Origin: Chitinophagaceae bacterium
Lineage (GTDB): Bacteria; Bacteroidota; Bacteroidia; Chitinophagales; Chitinophagaceae
Length of the DNA: 64,000 nucleotides
Direction of reading: 5' to 3'
Assembly: GCA_947458275.1 (NCBI GenBank)
Contig: CANGYR010000012.1
Span: forward strand, 1,372-65,371
Shown here: positions 16,069-25,889 of the stretch, piece by piece
Numbering within the stretch: the stretch's first letter is position 1
Layout of the letters: each line of letters starts with the position of its first letter
Translations under genes and position numbers: made by a program
The notes under the pieces: generated by a model
The model's database searches: none
What the model was told of the DNA's origin: nothing
What the model saw: the letters and a program-made list of their open reading frames with translations, nothing else

Positions 16069-18498
16069 ATGAAAATCTCCAGGATAGTTTATAGCATCAT
16101 TTTAATTTTCTTAATTAAGACAAATGGATTTGCACAGGTTTCCATTCTTGAGACGGCTGATATGACTAATGTTAAAGTAGAGGCAATCAGTGACGATCAG
16201 TTGAATGCCATGCTTGCAAAGGCCAGGCAGTCAAATGCCAGTGAAGAAGATGTGTATGAAATCTTTCGGCAGAAAGGTTTGCCGGACGAAGAAATCAATA
16301 AATTAAAAATTCGTATTTCGGGATTAAACAACTTCAAAAATAACAATACTCAGCCTGATAAGAAGTCAAAAGAAAAAAATGAATCAGCGCGCTCTTATGA
16401 CAAAGATGCCAATAAGCTTCTGATGCAGGAGAACAACAGGGATCTTACCATATTTGGCGCAGAATTATTTGCTCAAAACAGTTTGGTTTTTGAGCCTAAT
16501 CTTCGAATCCCAACCCCCACTTCCTACATACTTGGTCCGGATGATGAAGTAATCCTGAATATATTTGGGTTAAGCGAAAAAAAATATAATCTGGATGTAA
16601 ATGAGGAAGGAGAAGTTTATATTCCTAATGTTGGTCCTATGTTTGTAAGTGGCCTTTCCATTGAACAGGCTACCCAAAAAATAAAAACAAAATTGGCATC
16701 TACCATTTACCGTGCACTGAATTCGGGTCAGACCAAAATGCAGTTGTCGCTTGGAAAAATTAGGAGCATTCGTGTTACAGTCATCGGACAAGCACAGAAG
16801 CCCGGAACATATACAGTTTCTTCTCTTACTACTTTATATAATATCCTGTATCTCTGTGGTGGCCCTGGTTCGAAAGGAAGTTACAGAGCTATTGAGATTA
16901 TCAGAGGCAATCAGGTGAAAAGAGTAGCTGATTTGTATTCATTTTTGACAAAAGGAGATCAGAAAGACAACGTTTTATTGCAAGAGGGTGATGTGATAAG
17001 AATTCCTTATTATAAAAACAGGGTAAAAGTTTCAGGCAATGTAAAAAGAGAAGGAAAGTATGAAATGGCTGAGAATGAAAATTTGGAAACACTTCTTGAT
17101 TATGCCGGTGGTTTTGATGAAAGGGCGTTTAAATCATCAATAACGGTTATCAGATTGACTGATACAGGAAAAAACATCATTGATGTTAAAAATGGTCAGT
17201 TTTCAAAATTTACTGCAGCAGCAGGAGATGAGTATTTCATCAGAAAGAACAGAGATAATTTTAAAAACAAAGTTTCTGTTTCCGGTTCCGTTTCAAGACC
17301 AGGAACATACGAACTTACTGAAGGGCTTACTTTACAATCATTGATTGAAAAATCAGGAGGTCTTACAGAAGATGCATACAGTAAAAATGCATCTATTTTC
17401 AGAACAGAAAAAAACAGGGTGCCAACCATTTTTACAGTGAGCATCGACTCCGTTTTAAATTACAATCAGAGTGTATTATTACAAAATGAAGATTCAGTTT
17501 CCATACACTCCATATTTGACTTCAGAGACAGCATGTATGTTCAAGTGGAAGGATTTGTGCGAAAGCCCATGGCGATTAAATGGAGAGAAAACATGAGTCT
17601 GAAAGATGTGATACTTGCTACCGGCGGGATCACTGAATTCGGTGACTCTGCCAATATAGAAATATCTCGTCGTGCCAAACAAACGAATGTAAATGCGTTG
17701 AACAAAATTGAGGCCGAATCCAAAATTGCGGGTATTTCAAGTGATGTGATATTGGAACCCTTTGATCTAATTGTAGTAAAAGGGATAGCCGGTTACATAA
17801 GCCAGCGTAGTGTAATGGTTATGGGAGATGTAAATGTTCCCGGAAGATATATTTTGCAAACCAGCGGAGACCGCATATCTGACATCATAAAAAGATTCAA
17901 GGGTTTTAAAGCTTCTGCAGACAGCAGTGTTATTACCATCAGGAGGTCAATTAAATCCAATTTATCTTTAAAGGAAAGAGAGGAAATATTTCAACGATTG
18001 CTGAATATTGACAGTGATAGTTTGATTGCCAATCAGAAACTGCGAAATGAAATTTATAAAAGTTACGAGTTGATTAGCGTAAACATCAGTAAAATTTTGT
18101 CTAATACTTCTTCTTCAGAAAATTTGATTTTAGAGGATGGCGATGTATTGACTATTGATAAAAACTCTAATCTGGTTAAAATATCCGGAGATGTGTATTA
18201 TCCAACTATAGTTCCTTTTAAAGAAGGAAAGCGCGCCAAGTATTACATTAAGCAAGCCGGCAACTATACTCAATCGGGAAGAAAGTCTGGCACCATTGTC
18301 ATATATCCGGATGGTAAAGCGAAAGGGGTCAAATCTTTTTTATTTTTCAAAAGATATCCAAGAGTAACAACAAGGTCTGAAGTATTTGTTCCACAGAAAA
18401 ATAGAAGTAATCGCCAAAGAATAAGTGGAGGAGAATTGGCGGTGATATTATCTGCATTGGGAATTTTAGCGAATGTTTTCACCTCTGTTATAAAATAA
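16069..18498 (+). CDS. Polysaccharide export outer-membrane protein, Wza-like with multiple SLBB repeats
   Basis: 809 aa with a signal peptide. Poly_export-type region (FGAELF...Y.LGPDDE..I...G...) followed by repeated SLBB-like V.V.G.V..PG.Y modules. Confidence 0.8.
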   Translation: MKISRIVYSIILIFLIKTNGFAQVSILETADMTNVKVEAISDDQLNAMLAKARQSNASEEDVYEIFRQKGLPDEEINKLKIRISGLNNFKNNNTQPDKKSKEKNESARSYDKDANKLLMQENNRDLTIFGAELFAQNSLVFEPNLRIPTPTSYILGPDDEVILNIFGLSEKKYNLDVNEEGEVYIPNVGPMFVSGLSIEQATQKIKTKLASTIYRALNSGQTKMQLSLGKIRSIRVTVIGQAQKPGTYTVSSLTTLYNILYLCGGPGSKGSYRAIEIIRGNQVKRVADLYSFLTKGDQKDNVLLQEGDVIRIPYYKNRVKVSGNVKREGKYEMAENENLETLLDYAGGFDERAFKSSITVIRLTDTGKNIIDVKNGQFSKFTAAAGDEYFIRKNRDNFKNKVSVSGSVSRPGTYELTEGLTLQSLIEKSGGLTEDAYSKNASIFRTEKNRVPTIFTVSIDSVLNYNQSVLLQNEDSVSIHSIFDFRDSMYVQVEGFVRKPMAIKWRENMSLKDVILATGGITEFGDSANIEISRRAKQTNVNALNKIEAESKIAGISSDVILEPFDLIVVKGIAGYISQRSVMVMGDVNVPGRYILQTSGDRISDIIKRFKGFKASADSSVITIRRSIKSNLSLKEREEIFQRLLNIDSDSLIANQKLRNEIYKSYELISVNISKILSNTSSSENLILEDGDVLTIDKNSNLVKISGDVYYPTIVPFKEGKRAKYYIKQAGNYTQSGRKSGTIVIYPDGKAKGVKSFLFFKRYPRVTTRSEVFVPQKNRSNRQRISGGELAVILSALGILANVFTSVIK

Positions 18499-18698
18499 TA
18501 TTCATACATGCCTATTCGTTGCAATACGACTGAATTATTGCTAAATAAAAATATACTTGATTCCGCAGAACAAGTTTATTGCAACATCATCCGACATTTA
18601 AAAAATATCAGTGTGTTTTTCATGTTGTTAATTCACTATAATTAATCAATTCGTTTATTTATCTCCCAAATAGATTAATTATTTTCGAATCCTATATT

Positions 18699-20171
18699 AT
18701 GTCATTATATCAGTTTAGAAATTTTTTGGTTAATAAGTTTTTCAATAAGATTAATAAGAACACTTATTGGTTAATTGCTTATTTTGTTGCAACATCATTA
18801 AGTCAACTTTTTTTATATTCATTTATTAACTACCGAATTGGAAAAATTTACCTCGGACTATGGGCTTTGGTGGTAGCAGCTACATCAATTGGCCAAATAA
18901 GTGGCTTTGGGTTTAGCAACGGGTTGGTGAGATATTTACCTGATCTGCTCATTACAAAAGAATACAATAAGATTCAAAAAATATTTGGAACTGTTAATTT
19001 CTCAAATTTTTTTCTTTCTTTACCATTCTTAATTATTCTATATTTTCCTATAAAAGCTTATGCGTCTAATTTGTTAAACCAAGATTTATTTCAAACCTTC
19101 AATAAATTAATCGCATGGTATTTGCCTGCTATATTTTTAAATAATATTTTTTCAACTTATTCTTGTCTTTTTGATGGCTTTCAAAAATTTTATTTAAGGT
19201 GTATTATTCAAATATCCGGATGGGTAATATTTACAATTCTTTTGATTGTGTTTTTTCCTCATTGGGGTTTAGAAAGTGCTGGAATGGCTTCTTTTTTTCA
19301 ATCAATATGGCAATGTACACTAGCTTTTTTTATCACATCAAAGTATAAATTAATAAAAAATGGATTTCATTTGTGCTTTGATAAGGAGTCATTCAAATTA
19401 GTGTCAAATTTTGGATCTAAATCTTTCTTAATAAGTATACTGGTTGTAATTTTCGATCCGATTATCAAATTTTTTTTAACTCAAAAAGTTGGTTTATCCG
19501 GAGTAGCCAATTACGAACTTGTAAGTAAAATAACCATTCAAGCCAGAAACTTGCTTTCAAGTATTAATTTACCGATTATTCCAAAAATAGTTGAAGCCAG
19601 GTCTGTTGGAGGTGTAAATGATTATTTTTTAAAAGTTAGTTATCGAAATCTTTACATTTCAATTGGCATCAGCATCTTGATGTTCATTTTTTCCCCTCTT
19701 GCACTACAGATAATTTTGCATGAATTTGATCCCAGATTAATGGTTTTATTGTCAATAGTAAATATTGGATATGTTTGCAGTACAATAACTACGGTTCATT
19801 ACTATTCTTGTATGGGATTGGATAAGATGAGCAATTTAGTAATTGTACATTTTTTATATGCATCAATAGCATGCATGCTTTTTTTATTTTTAAACTACTT
19901 TAATGTCAATCAAATAGTATATTTCATAATACCAAGCATTTGTATTTTTATTGGATCCCTTTACAATTCATTTGTGTTGAAAAAAATTAATGGTGCATTT
20001 AATTGGCTTTTTTCTGGTGTTTTTTTGTTCTTTTTGTTTGAATCAGGCGTATTGATTTTTTATCCATTAACATCCATGATTCAAACAGTAACTATAACAC
20101 TTTGCTTTTTATTTTTATTTATATTTATTTTCTCCAATCGAATAAAAAGTTTAATTTTCAACAGACTGTAA
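18699..20171 (+). CDS. Polytopic membrane protein, probable Wzx-type oligosaccharide flippase
   Basis: 490 aa, roughly 12-14 hydrophobic segments, located inside a polysaccharide locus, extremely AT-rich. Confidence 0.65.
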   Translation: MSLYQFRNFLVNKFFNKINKNTYWLIAYFVATSLSQLFLYSFINYRIGKIYLGLWALVVAATSIGQISGFGFSNGLVRYLPDLLITKEYNKIQKIFGTVNFSNFFLSLPFLIILYFPIKAYASNLLNQDLFQTFNKLIAWYLPAIFLNNIFSTYSCLFDGFQKFYLRCIIQISGWVIFTILLIVFFPHWGLESAGMASFFQSIWQCTLAFFITSKYKLIKNGFHLCFDKESFKLVSNFGSKSFLISILVVIFDPIIKFFLTQKVGLSGVANYELVSKITIQARNLLSSINLPIIPKIVEARSVGGVNDYFLKVSYRNLYISIGISILMFIFSPLALQIILHEFDPRLMVLLSIVNIGYVCSTITTVHYYSCMGLDKMSNLVIVHFLYASIACMLFLFLNYFNVNQIVYFIIPSICIFIGSLYNSFVLKKINGAFNWLFSGVFLFFLFESGVLIFYPLTSMIQTVTITLCFLFLFIFIFSNRIKSLIFNRL

Positions 20172-20241
20172 TTTTGGAGAATTTTAATAATAAATGGAGA
20201 TTTTAATAAGCTTAAGAAATTATATTAATTTCTTAATCCTA

Positions 20242-20249
20242 TAATTTTG
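20242..20249 (+). promoter_or_regulatory. Candidate -7 element (TAATTTTG) for rfbB
   Basis: Exact TAnnTTTG, 32 bp upstream of the ATG at 20281. Confidence 0.4.
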
Positions 20250-20280
20250 TTTCATTTAGTAACTTCATGTTTTTTATTAT

Positions 20281-21330
20281 ATGCATACAATACTTTTAAC
20301 CGGCGGAGCCGGATTTATAGGGTCTCATCTGACCAGATTATTTGTAACCAAATATCCTGAGTACAAAATTGTCAATCTCGACAATCTTACCTATGCCGGG
20401 AATCTTGAGAATCTGAAAGACATCGAGCATAGTCCCAATTATGAGTTTGTAAAAGGTGATATTTCGGATTTGGACATGCTGACATCCCTTTTTGATAAAT
20501 ATAATTTTACCGCTGTATTGCACTGCGCCGCTGAGAGCCATGTTGACCGTTCTATAACAGATCCGCTTGCATTTGTGAAAACCAATGTTGTGGGTACGGT
20601 TTCTTTGTTACAGGCAGCAAAAGAACACTGGAAAGGCAATATGGAAGGGAAAATATTTTACCATATCTCTACGGATGAAGTGTACGGTTCGCTTGGTGAA
20701 GAAGGATTTTTCTACGAATACACTTCTTATGACCCACGCAGTCCTTACTCCGCATCTAAAGCATCCTCCGATCATTTTGTAAGGGCTTATCATCATACCT
20801 ACAAAATGCCGGTTAAGATTTCCAATTGTTCCAATAATTACGGACCTTATCATTTCCCGGAAAAACTGATACCGCTTTGTATTCACAATATCATCAACAA
20901 TAAACCATTGCCTATTTACGGCAAAGGAGAGAATGTGCGCGACTGGCTTTTTGTAGAGGATCATGCAAGAGCTATTGATATTATTTTTCATAATGGAAAC
21001 ATTGGCGAGACGTACAATATCGGCGGACACAACGAATGGACCAATATCGATTTGATCAGAGAATTGTGCAAGCAGATGGATACCAAACTGGGAAGACCGG
21101 AAGGCACCTCCGCACAATTGATCACTTTCGTGAAAGACAGAGCCGGTCATGATTTACGCTATGCCATTGACGCTACCAAATTGAAAAACGACCTGGGCTG
21201 GATGCCCTCACTTCAATTCGAAGAAGGTCTGTCCAAAACGATTGACTGGTACCTGAATAATAGTGAGTGGCTGAATAGGGTGACTAGCGGGCAGTATCAG
21301 GAATATTATTCGGGGATGTATGACAAATAA
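20281..21330 (+). CDS. rfbB: dTDP-glucose 4,6-dehydratase
   Basis: ILLTGGAGFIGSH Rossmann motif, YSASKASSDH catalytic YxxxK, full-length RmlB-like 349 aa. Confidence 0.95.
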   Translation: MHTILLTGGAGFIGSHLTRLFVTKYPEYKIVNLDNLTYAGNLENLKDIEHSPNYEFVKGDISDLDMLTSLFDKYNFTAVLHCAAESHVDRSITDPLAFVKTNVVGTVSLLQAAKEHWKGNMEGKIFYHISTDEVYGSLGEEGFFYEYTSYDPRSPYSASKASSDHFVRAYHHTYKMPVKISNCSNNYGPYHFPEKLIPLCIHNIINNKPLPIYGKGENVRDWLFVEDHARAIDIIFHNGNIGETYNIGGHNEWTNIDLIRELCKQMDTKLGRPEGTSAQLITFVKDRAGHDLRYAIDATKLKNDLGWMPSLQFEEGLSKTIDWYLNNSEWLNRVTSGQYQEYYSGMYDK

Positions 21331-21331
21331 C

Positions 21332-21378
21332 GTTTAGAGGTTTAGGAATTTAGGGGTTTAGGTTGATAATTTAGAGAG
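21332..21378. repeat. Left GTTTAG-type micro-repeat array of the four-helix-bundle cassette (element C)
   Basis: GTTTAGAG GTTTAGGAA TTTAGGGG TTTAGGTTG ...AATTTAGAGAG. It starts 2 bp after the rfbB stop. Confidence 0.8.
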
Positions 21379-21469
21379 TGTTTTCTCTCATCCAATCGTG
21401 AATAAAATGTTTTTAGGACGAGGATTATACATTTTTCCTTGGAGTTAGCATTCATAGTTTTAACTCATT

Positions 21470-21850
21470 ATGCATGTATATTCTTTTGAAAAGTTGGAAA
21501 GCTGGAAGCTTGCACGTGAATTGGCTGTATGGGTTTATAAATCAACGGTTAAGTTTCCTAATGAAGAAAAGTACGGATTGGTAAGCCAGATGAGAAGGTC
21601 AGCTGTATCAATCGCTTCAAATATTGCAGAAGGAACATCCAGGTTTTCAACAAAAGAACAGATTCAGTTTTATTCAATTGCTTATGGGAGTGCCATTGAA
21701 TTATTGAATCAAATGATAATCTCGTATGATTTACAGTATCTGAACGAAGATTCCCTGGCAGAAGCAAGAGAAAAAATCTCAAAACTTACAATGTTATTAT
21801 CCAAATTAAAGATATACTTGCAAAATAAATTAACTAATAAAAGTATCTAA
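21470..21850 (+). CDS. Four-helix-bundle protein (23S rRNA intervening-sequence protein / Avd-like family)
   Basis: 126 aa. FEKLESWKLARELAVWVYK....FP.EEKYGLVSQMRRSAVSIASNIAEG is the signature N-terminal half of this family. Confidence 0.85.
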   Translation: MHVYSFEKLESWKLARELAVWVYKSTVKFPNEEKYGLVSQMRRSAVSIASNIAEGTSRFSTKEQIQFYSIAYGSAIELLNQMIISYDLQYLNEDSLAEAREKISKLTMLLSKLKIYLQNKLTNKSI

Positions 21851-21879
21851 ACACCTAAACTACTCTAAACCTTCTAAAC
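21844..21879. repeat. Right CTAAAC-type micro-repeat array of element C (inverted relative to 21332-21378)
   Basis: TATCTAAAC ACCTAAAC TACTCTAAAC CTTCTAAAC. It overlaps the ORF stop and ends 7 bp before the rfbA ATG. Confidence 0.8.
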
Positions 21880-21886
21880 TATATTA

Positions 21887-22747
21887 ATGAAAGGCATCAT
21901 CCTCGCAGGCGGCTCCGGAACAAGATTGTATCCGATTACTATGGGTATCAGCAAACAACTCATGCCGATATATGACAAGCCGATGATTTATTATCCGCTA
22001 AGCACACTGATGCTGGCGGGGATAAAAGACATTCTCATCATCACCACACCGGAAGACCAGGAACAGTTTAAAAGATTACTGGGCGATGGCAGTCAGTGGG
22101 GTTGCACCATTGTTTATGAAAAACAGGAAACGCCCAATGGACTTGCCCAGGCATTTGTGATAGGGGAGAAATTTATTGGTAATGACAACGTGGCATTGGT
22201 GTTGGGAGACAATATTTTCTATGGAAGCGGCTTCAGCAGTTTATTGCAATCGGCCGTGGATCCGGATGGCGCAGTTATTTTCGCTTATCCGGTAGTGGAT
22301 CCTGAAAGATATGGGGTGGTTGAATTTGACAGCGATTACCATGCCATCAGCATAGAAGAAAAGCCCGTCAATCCGAAAAGTAATTTTGCGGTCCCGGGTT
22401 TGTATTTCTATAACAATGAGGTGGTGGCCATCGCCAAAAGTATTCCTCCGAGTCCAAGAGGCGAATATGAAATAACTGATGTGAACAAAGTGTACATGCA
22501 AAACAAAAAATTAAAAGTGGTTACACTCAACAGAGGTTTTGCATGGCTTGATACCGGAACATTTGATTCGCTGAATGATGCCAGCGAATATGTAAGAGTA
22601 ATTGAAAAACGTCAGGGATTGAAAGTTGGTTGTCCGGAAGAGATTGCCTGGAGAATGGGATTCATTACCACGGCTCAATTGGAGAAACTCGCTGCGGGCT
22701 TGCATAAAAGTGGTTATGGAGCATATCTGAACAGGGTTTCAAAATAA
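21887..22747 (+). CDS. rfbA: Glucose-1-phosphate thymidylyltransferase
   Basis: [18 protein letters not shown]...[18 protein letters not shown] is canonical RmlA. 286 aa. Confidence 0.95.
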   Translation: MKGIILAGGSGTRLYPITMGISKQLMPIYDKPMIYYPLSTLMLAGIKDILIITTPEDQEQFKRLLGDGSQWGCTIVYEKQETPNGLAQAFVIGEKFIGNDNVALVLGDNIFYGSGFSSLLQSAVDPDGAVIFAYPVVDPERYGVVEFDSDYHAISIEEKPVNPKSNFAVPGLYFYNNEVVAIAKSIPPSPRGEYEITDVNKVYMQNKKLKVVTLNRGFAWLDTGTFDSLNDASEYVRVIEKRQGLKVGCPEEIAWRMGFITTAQLEKLAAGLHKSGYGAYLNRVSK

Positions 22748-22754
22748 ACTGCTC

Positions 22755-23327
22755 ATGCATTTTTACGCACATCCTACTGCTGTTATCGATGAAGGTTGTT
22801 CTGTTGGTGATGGAACAAAAATCTGGCATTTCACACATGTGATGTCGGGTGCAGTAATAGGAAAGGATTGCGTTTTAGGTCAGAATGTATTTGTTGATAA
22901 TAAAGTAATGCTAGGCAACAATGTGCACATTCAAAATAATGTCAGCGTTTACGAAGGAGTGATTTGTGAAGACGATGTTTTTTTAGGACCCAGTGTAGTA
23001 CTCACCAATGTGATCAATCCCCGCAGTGCATTAAGCAGAAAAGATCAATTCAAAACTACTCTCATCAAAAGAGGAGCTACGGTTGGTGCAAACGCCACTA
23101 TAGTCTGTGGAAATCAAATAGGAGAATATGCGTTTATCGGAGCGGGTGCGGTAATAACAAAAGATGTGCTGCCCTATGCTTTGATAACAGGTAACCCGGG
23201 TAGGCAAACCGGTTGGATCAGTGAAAACGGCCATCGGTTAACGTTTGATGAAAATCAACAAGCTGTTTGTTCCGAAAGCGGGCAGGAATATTTTCTTGAA
23301 AATGACCGCGTTAAAAGAATCAGGTAA
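22755..23327 (+). CDS. Left-handed beta-helix (hexapeptide) sugar N-acetyltransferase, WlbB/WbpD/FdtC-like
   Basis: 190 aa. Hexapeptide repeats. N-terminal [24 protein letters not shown] is typical of nucleotide-amino-sugar N-acetyltransferases. Confidence 0.75.
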   Translation: MHFYAHPTAVIDEGCSVGDGTKIWHFTHVMSGAVIGKDCVLGQNVFVDNKVMLGNNVHIQNNVSVYEGVICEDDVFLGPSVVLTNVINPRSALSRKDQFKTTLIKRGATVGANATIVCGNQIGEYAFIGAGAVITKDVLPYALITGNPGRQTGWISENGHRLTFDENQQAVCSESGQEYFLENDRVKRIR

Positions 23328-23334
23328 TTTTAAT

Positions 23335-24330
23335 TTAAGCAGTAGCCGTTCCCGTCTCCTCTCTTACTGAAGGAATCAATAAATTGTACAGTGCATTTTT
23401 AACAGGATTCAGCAATAATTTGATTCTGGAAGAAAAAAGCTGTTCATTCATTTTTTTCATGACAACCTCAGGCTTCATTTTATAGTTCCCTTTAATGGCA
23501 TCTGCCACAGGCCATAGAATGAAATTTAATTTTCTGAATTTATCCGTTTTTTGATGAATCATAGTCAATGTCATTTCTGAGCAAATGAAAATAAAATAGG
23601 CAGCAGCACCTAAAAGTTTGCTTTGATATTTTGTCTGGAATACCTTCAGTTTGTTTCTCAGATGATAATACATTTTCCAGGAGGTTTTATAATCCCAGTC
23701 TTCTTTTTGCGAGTAGTTAACCGGCACCATATATAAAATACTTTGAGTGGCGGTTTTAGCCGGTATCTTAAATTGTTTTACAATGCGGTAAAAATATTCG
23801 GTTCCATCTCCGCAGATAAATAATTCTTTTTTAGGTAAACCTACTTTCTCAACAATCGAACGATGAATTAGAGTGCCGTTGAACGGGTGGCTTATACCAT
23901 AAATAACATCTTCTTTTATTTCATTAATCTGTTGATACTGATTTGTTTTAAAAACAAGTGTTTTTCTGTCGTGTATATTGATTACAGAGGAATTGACCAA
24001 AGCGGGCTGAGGATTTTTCTCTTTCATCATTTTTTCCAGCGCATCTTCTTTTAAAACCCCTTTGTCATTCATGCACCATATCCAGTTATACCCTTTGTTG
24101 TATGCATCCTCAATGCCGGTATGGAAACCTCCGGCTGTTCCTGAATTTTCCTGATTTATGTGAAGAAGGTCAATCTGCTTGTCCAGCCACACAGATGTAA
24201 AATCTGCGCTCCCATTGTTTACTACCAAAATCGCATCCGGTTTTTGCGTTTGACTTCTTAAAGATTCGATACATTTTTTGAGAGATATATGGCTGTTGTG
24301 GGTTACAACTACTGCAATTATTTTTTCCAT
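23335..24330 (-). CDS. Glycosyltransferase family 2
   Basis: Start moved to the ATG giving MEKIIAVVVTHNS...LVVNNGSAD (GT2 N-terminal fold). The upstream 17 codons of the track ORF look non-native. Convergent with the acetyltransferase gene, 7-bp gap. Confidence 0.78.
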   Translation of the reverse strand: MEKIIAVVVTHNSHISLKKCIESLRSQTQKPDAILVVNNGSADFTSVWLDKQIDLLHINQENSGTAGGFHTGIEDAYNKGYNWIWCMNDKGVLKEDALEKMMKEKNPQPALVNSSVINIHDRKTLVFKTNQYQQINEIKEDVIYGISHPFNGTLIHRSIVEKVGLPKKELFICGDGTEYFYRIVKQFKIPAKTATQSILYMVPVNYSQKEDWDYKTSWKMYYHLRNKLKVFQTKYQSKLLGAAAYFIFICSEMTLTMIHQKTDKFRKLNFILWPVADAIKGNYKMKPEVVMKKMNEQLFSSRIKLLLNPVKNALYNLLIPSVREETGTATA

Positions 24331-24635
24331 AGGGTTAGTTTTAAAATCAAATATTATTGGGTTGTAGTAAAACGGAGCCAAACCGGTCTTATTGCTTCAT
24401 TTGGCTGAAAAAATTAATAATTTGTGGGTTTTGCGTGATAAAAGAATACATCCACGTAAAAACACGATGTATATTTACCTTTTTTTAATGAGTTTGGGTT
24501 TTTAATTTTTGTTAAGGGCTAAAAGTATACTATAGGGTATATTAATTTATCAAAACATCAATGATTTCCATCATCAAGATGTTTTTATTATATTACAAAT
24601 TTTATAAAGAATGTATGGTTTTGATTTACAAATCG

Positions 24636-24643
24636 TAACTTTG
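24636..24643 (+). promoter_or_regulatory. Candidate -7 element (TAACTTTG) for the epimerase-aminotransferase-transferase genes
   Basis: Exact TAnnTTTG in the 445-bp AT-rich divergent spacer, 132 bp upstream of the ATG at 24776. Confidence 0.3.
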
Positions 24644-24775
24644 CGTTCGTTCGTCATAAAAACAATTCATAAATTATTTTAATATTTAAATTGTTTTTTC
24701 AGAATGAAAAATTGACAATTCAAATTATTTTAATTCCCGGTTAAAATTTTCCGGGTGAGGATAAAAAAATCAGGC

Positions 24776-25747
24776 ATGAAGGTATTGATTACAGGGGGTG
24801 CTGGATACATTGGATCCGTCTTAGTGCGCCAATTGTTGAATAAAAACTATAAAGTCAGGGTGTATGATTCACTTAAATTTGGAGGTGAAGCTTTATATGA
24901 CGTTATGATGCATCCTGATTTTGAGTTTGTACATGGTGATATTCGTGACATTGAGAAATTGCAGGAGGCGTTAAAAGGTGTTGATGCCGTTGTTCATTTG
25001 GCTGCAATCGTTGGCGATCCTGCATGTAAAATATATAGTGAAGAAGCTACTGAGACAAACTGGACAGCAAGTGTGGGGCTTTTTGAAGCTGCAGAAAAAT
25101 CCGGGTTGAAAAGATTTGTTTTTGCAAGTACCTGCAGTAATTATGGCAAAATGCCAGATCCCAATTCTTTCGTTTCTGAGACATCTGAACTAAGACCTGT
25201 TTCTTTATATGCCGAATTGAAGGTAAAGTTTGAAAAGTTTCTTTTGGAGGAGCGAAGAGACTCCAATATCTGCAGTACAGCTCTGCGTTTCAGTACGGTA
25301 TATGGTTTTTCTCCCCGCATTCGTTTTGATTTAACGGTCAATGAATTCACCCGTAATGCAACCATACACGGAGAGCAGGAAATATGGGGTGCTCAGTTCT
25401 GGCGTCCATACTGCCATGTAGAGGATTTGGCAAGATCTGTGGTGTTAGTATTAGAAAGTCCTGAGGAAAAAGTTCGCGCAAATGTATATAATGTTGGAAC
25501 CACTGAGGAGAATTATAACAAAGGCATGATTATTAATGAAGTTTGCAAGGTGGTCCCTGATGTGAAAGTAAATTATATTGAAATGAATGAAGATCCCAGA
25601 GACTACAGGGTCAATTTCGATAAAATAAAAAATGAACTCGGATATACAATAACCAAAACAGTTCCGGATGGTGTAAAGGAAATCTACAACCTGCTCAAAA
25701 CTGGAATCGTAACCGATGCTTTCTCTCAAAAATTCAGAAATACTTAA
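24776..25747 (+). CDS. NAD-dependent sugar epimerase/dehydratase (SDR superfamily)
   Basis: MKVLITGGAGYIGS Rossmann start (ATG at 24776 preferred over the upstream GTG) and a YAELK YxxxK motif. Confidence 0.8.
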   Translation: MKVLITGGAGYIGSVLVRQLLNKNYKVRVYDSLKFGGEALYDVMMHPDFEFVHGDIRDIEKLQEALKGVDAVVHLAAIVGDPACKIYSEEATETNWTASVGLFEAAEKSGLKRFVFASTCSNYGKMPDPNSFVSETSELRPVSLYAELKVKFEKFLLEERRDSNICSTALRFSTVYGFSPRIRFDLTVNEFTRNATIHGEQEIWGAQFWRPYCHVEDLARSVVLVLESPEEKVRANVYNVGTTEENYNKGMIINEVCKVVPDVKVNYIEMNEDPRDYRVNFDKIKNELGYTITKTVPDGVKEIYNLLKTGIVTDAFSQKFRNT

Positions 25748-25889
25748 TCAGCTTCACTCAGTCCGTTGTTGATATTTTATTCTGTATTCTTCCAATAAAT
25801 GCGGAATATTTAATACCTTACGCATCTTTTAGTGCAGCCTTGTCAAAATTGAATTTGCAGGTTTGCGTTAGTGCAGTAAATGATTTAAA

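Noticed and set aside
21470-21850. Diversity-generating retroelement, because the four-helix-bundle protein is Avd-like
   Set aside because: No reverse transcriptase gene and no template/variable repeat pair with adenine-specific differences is present anywhere in the window.
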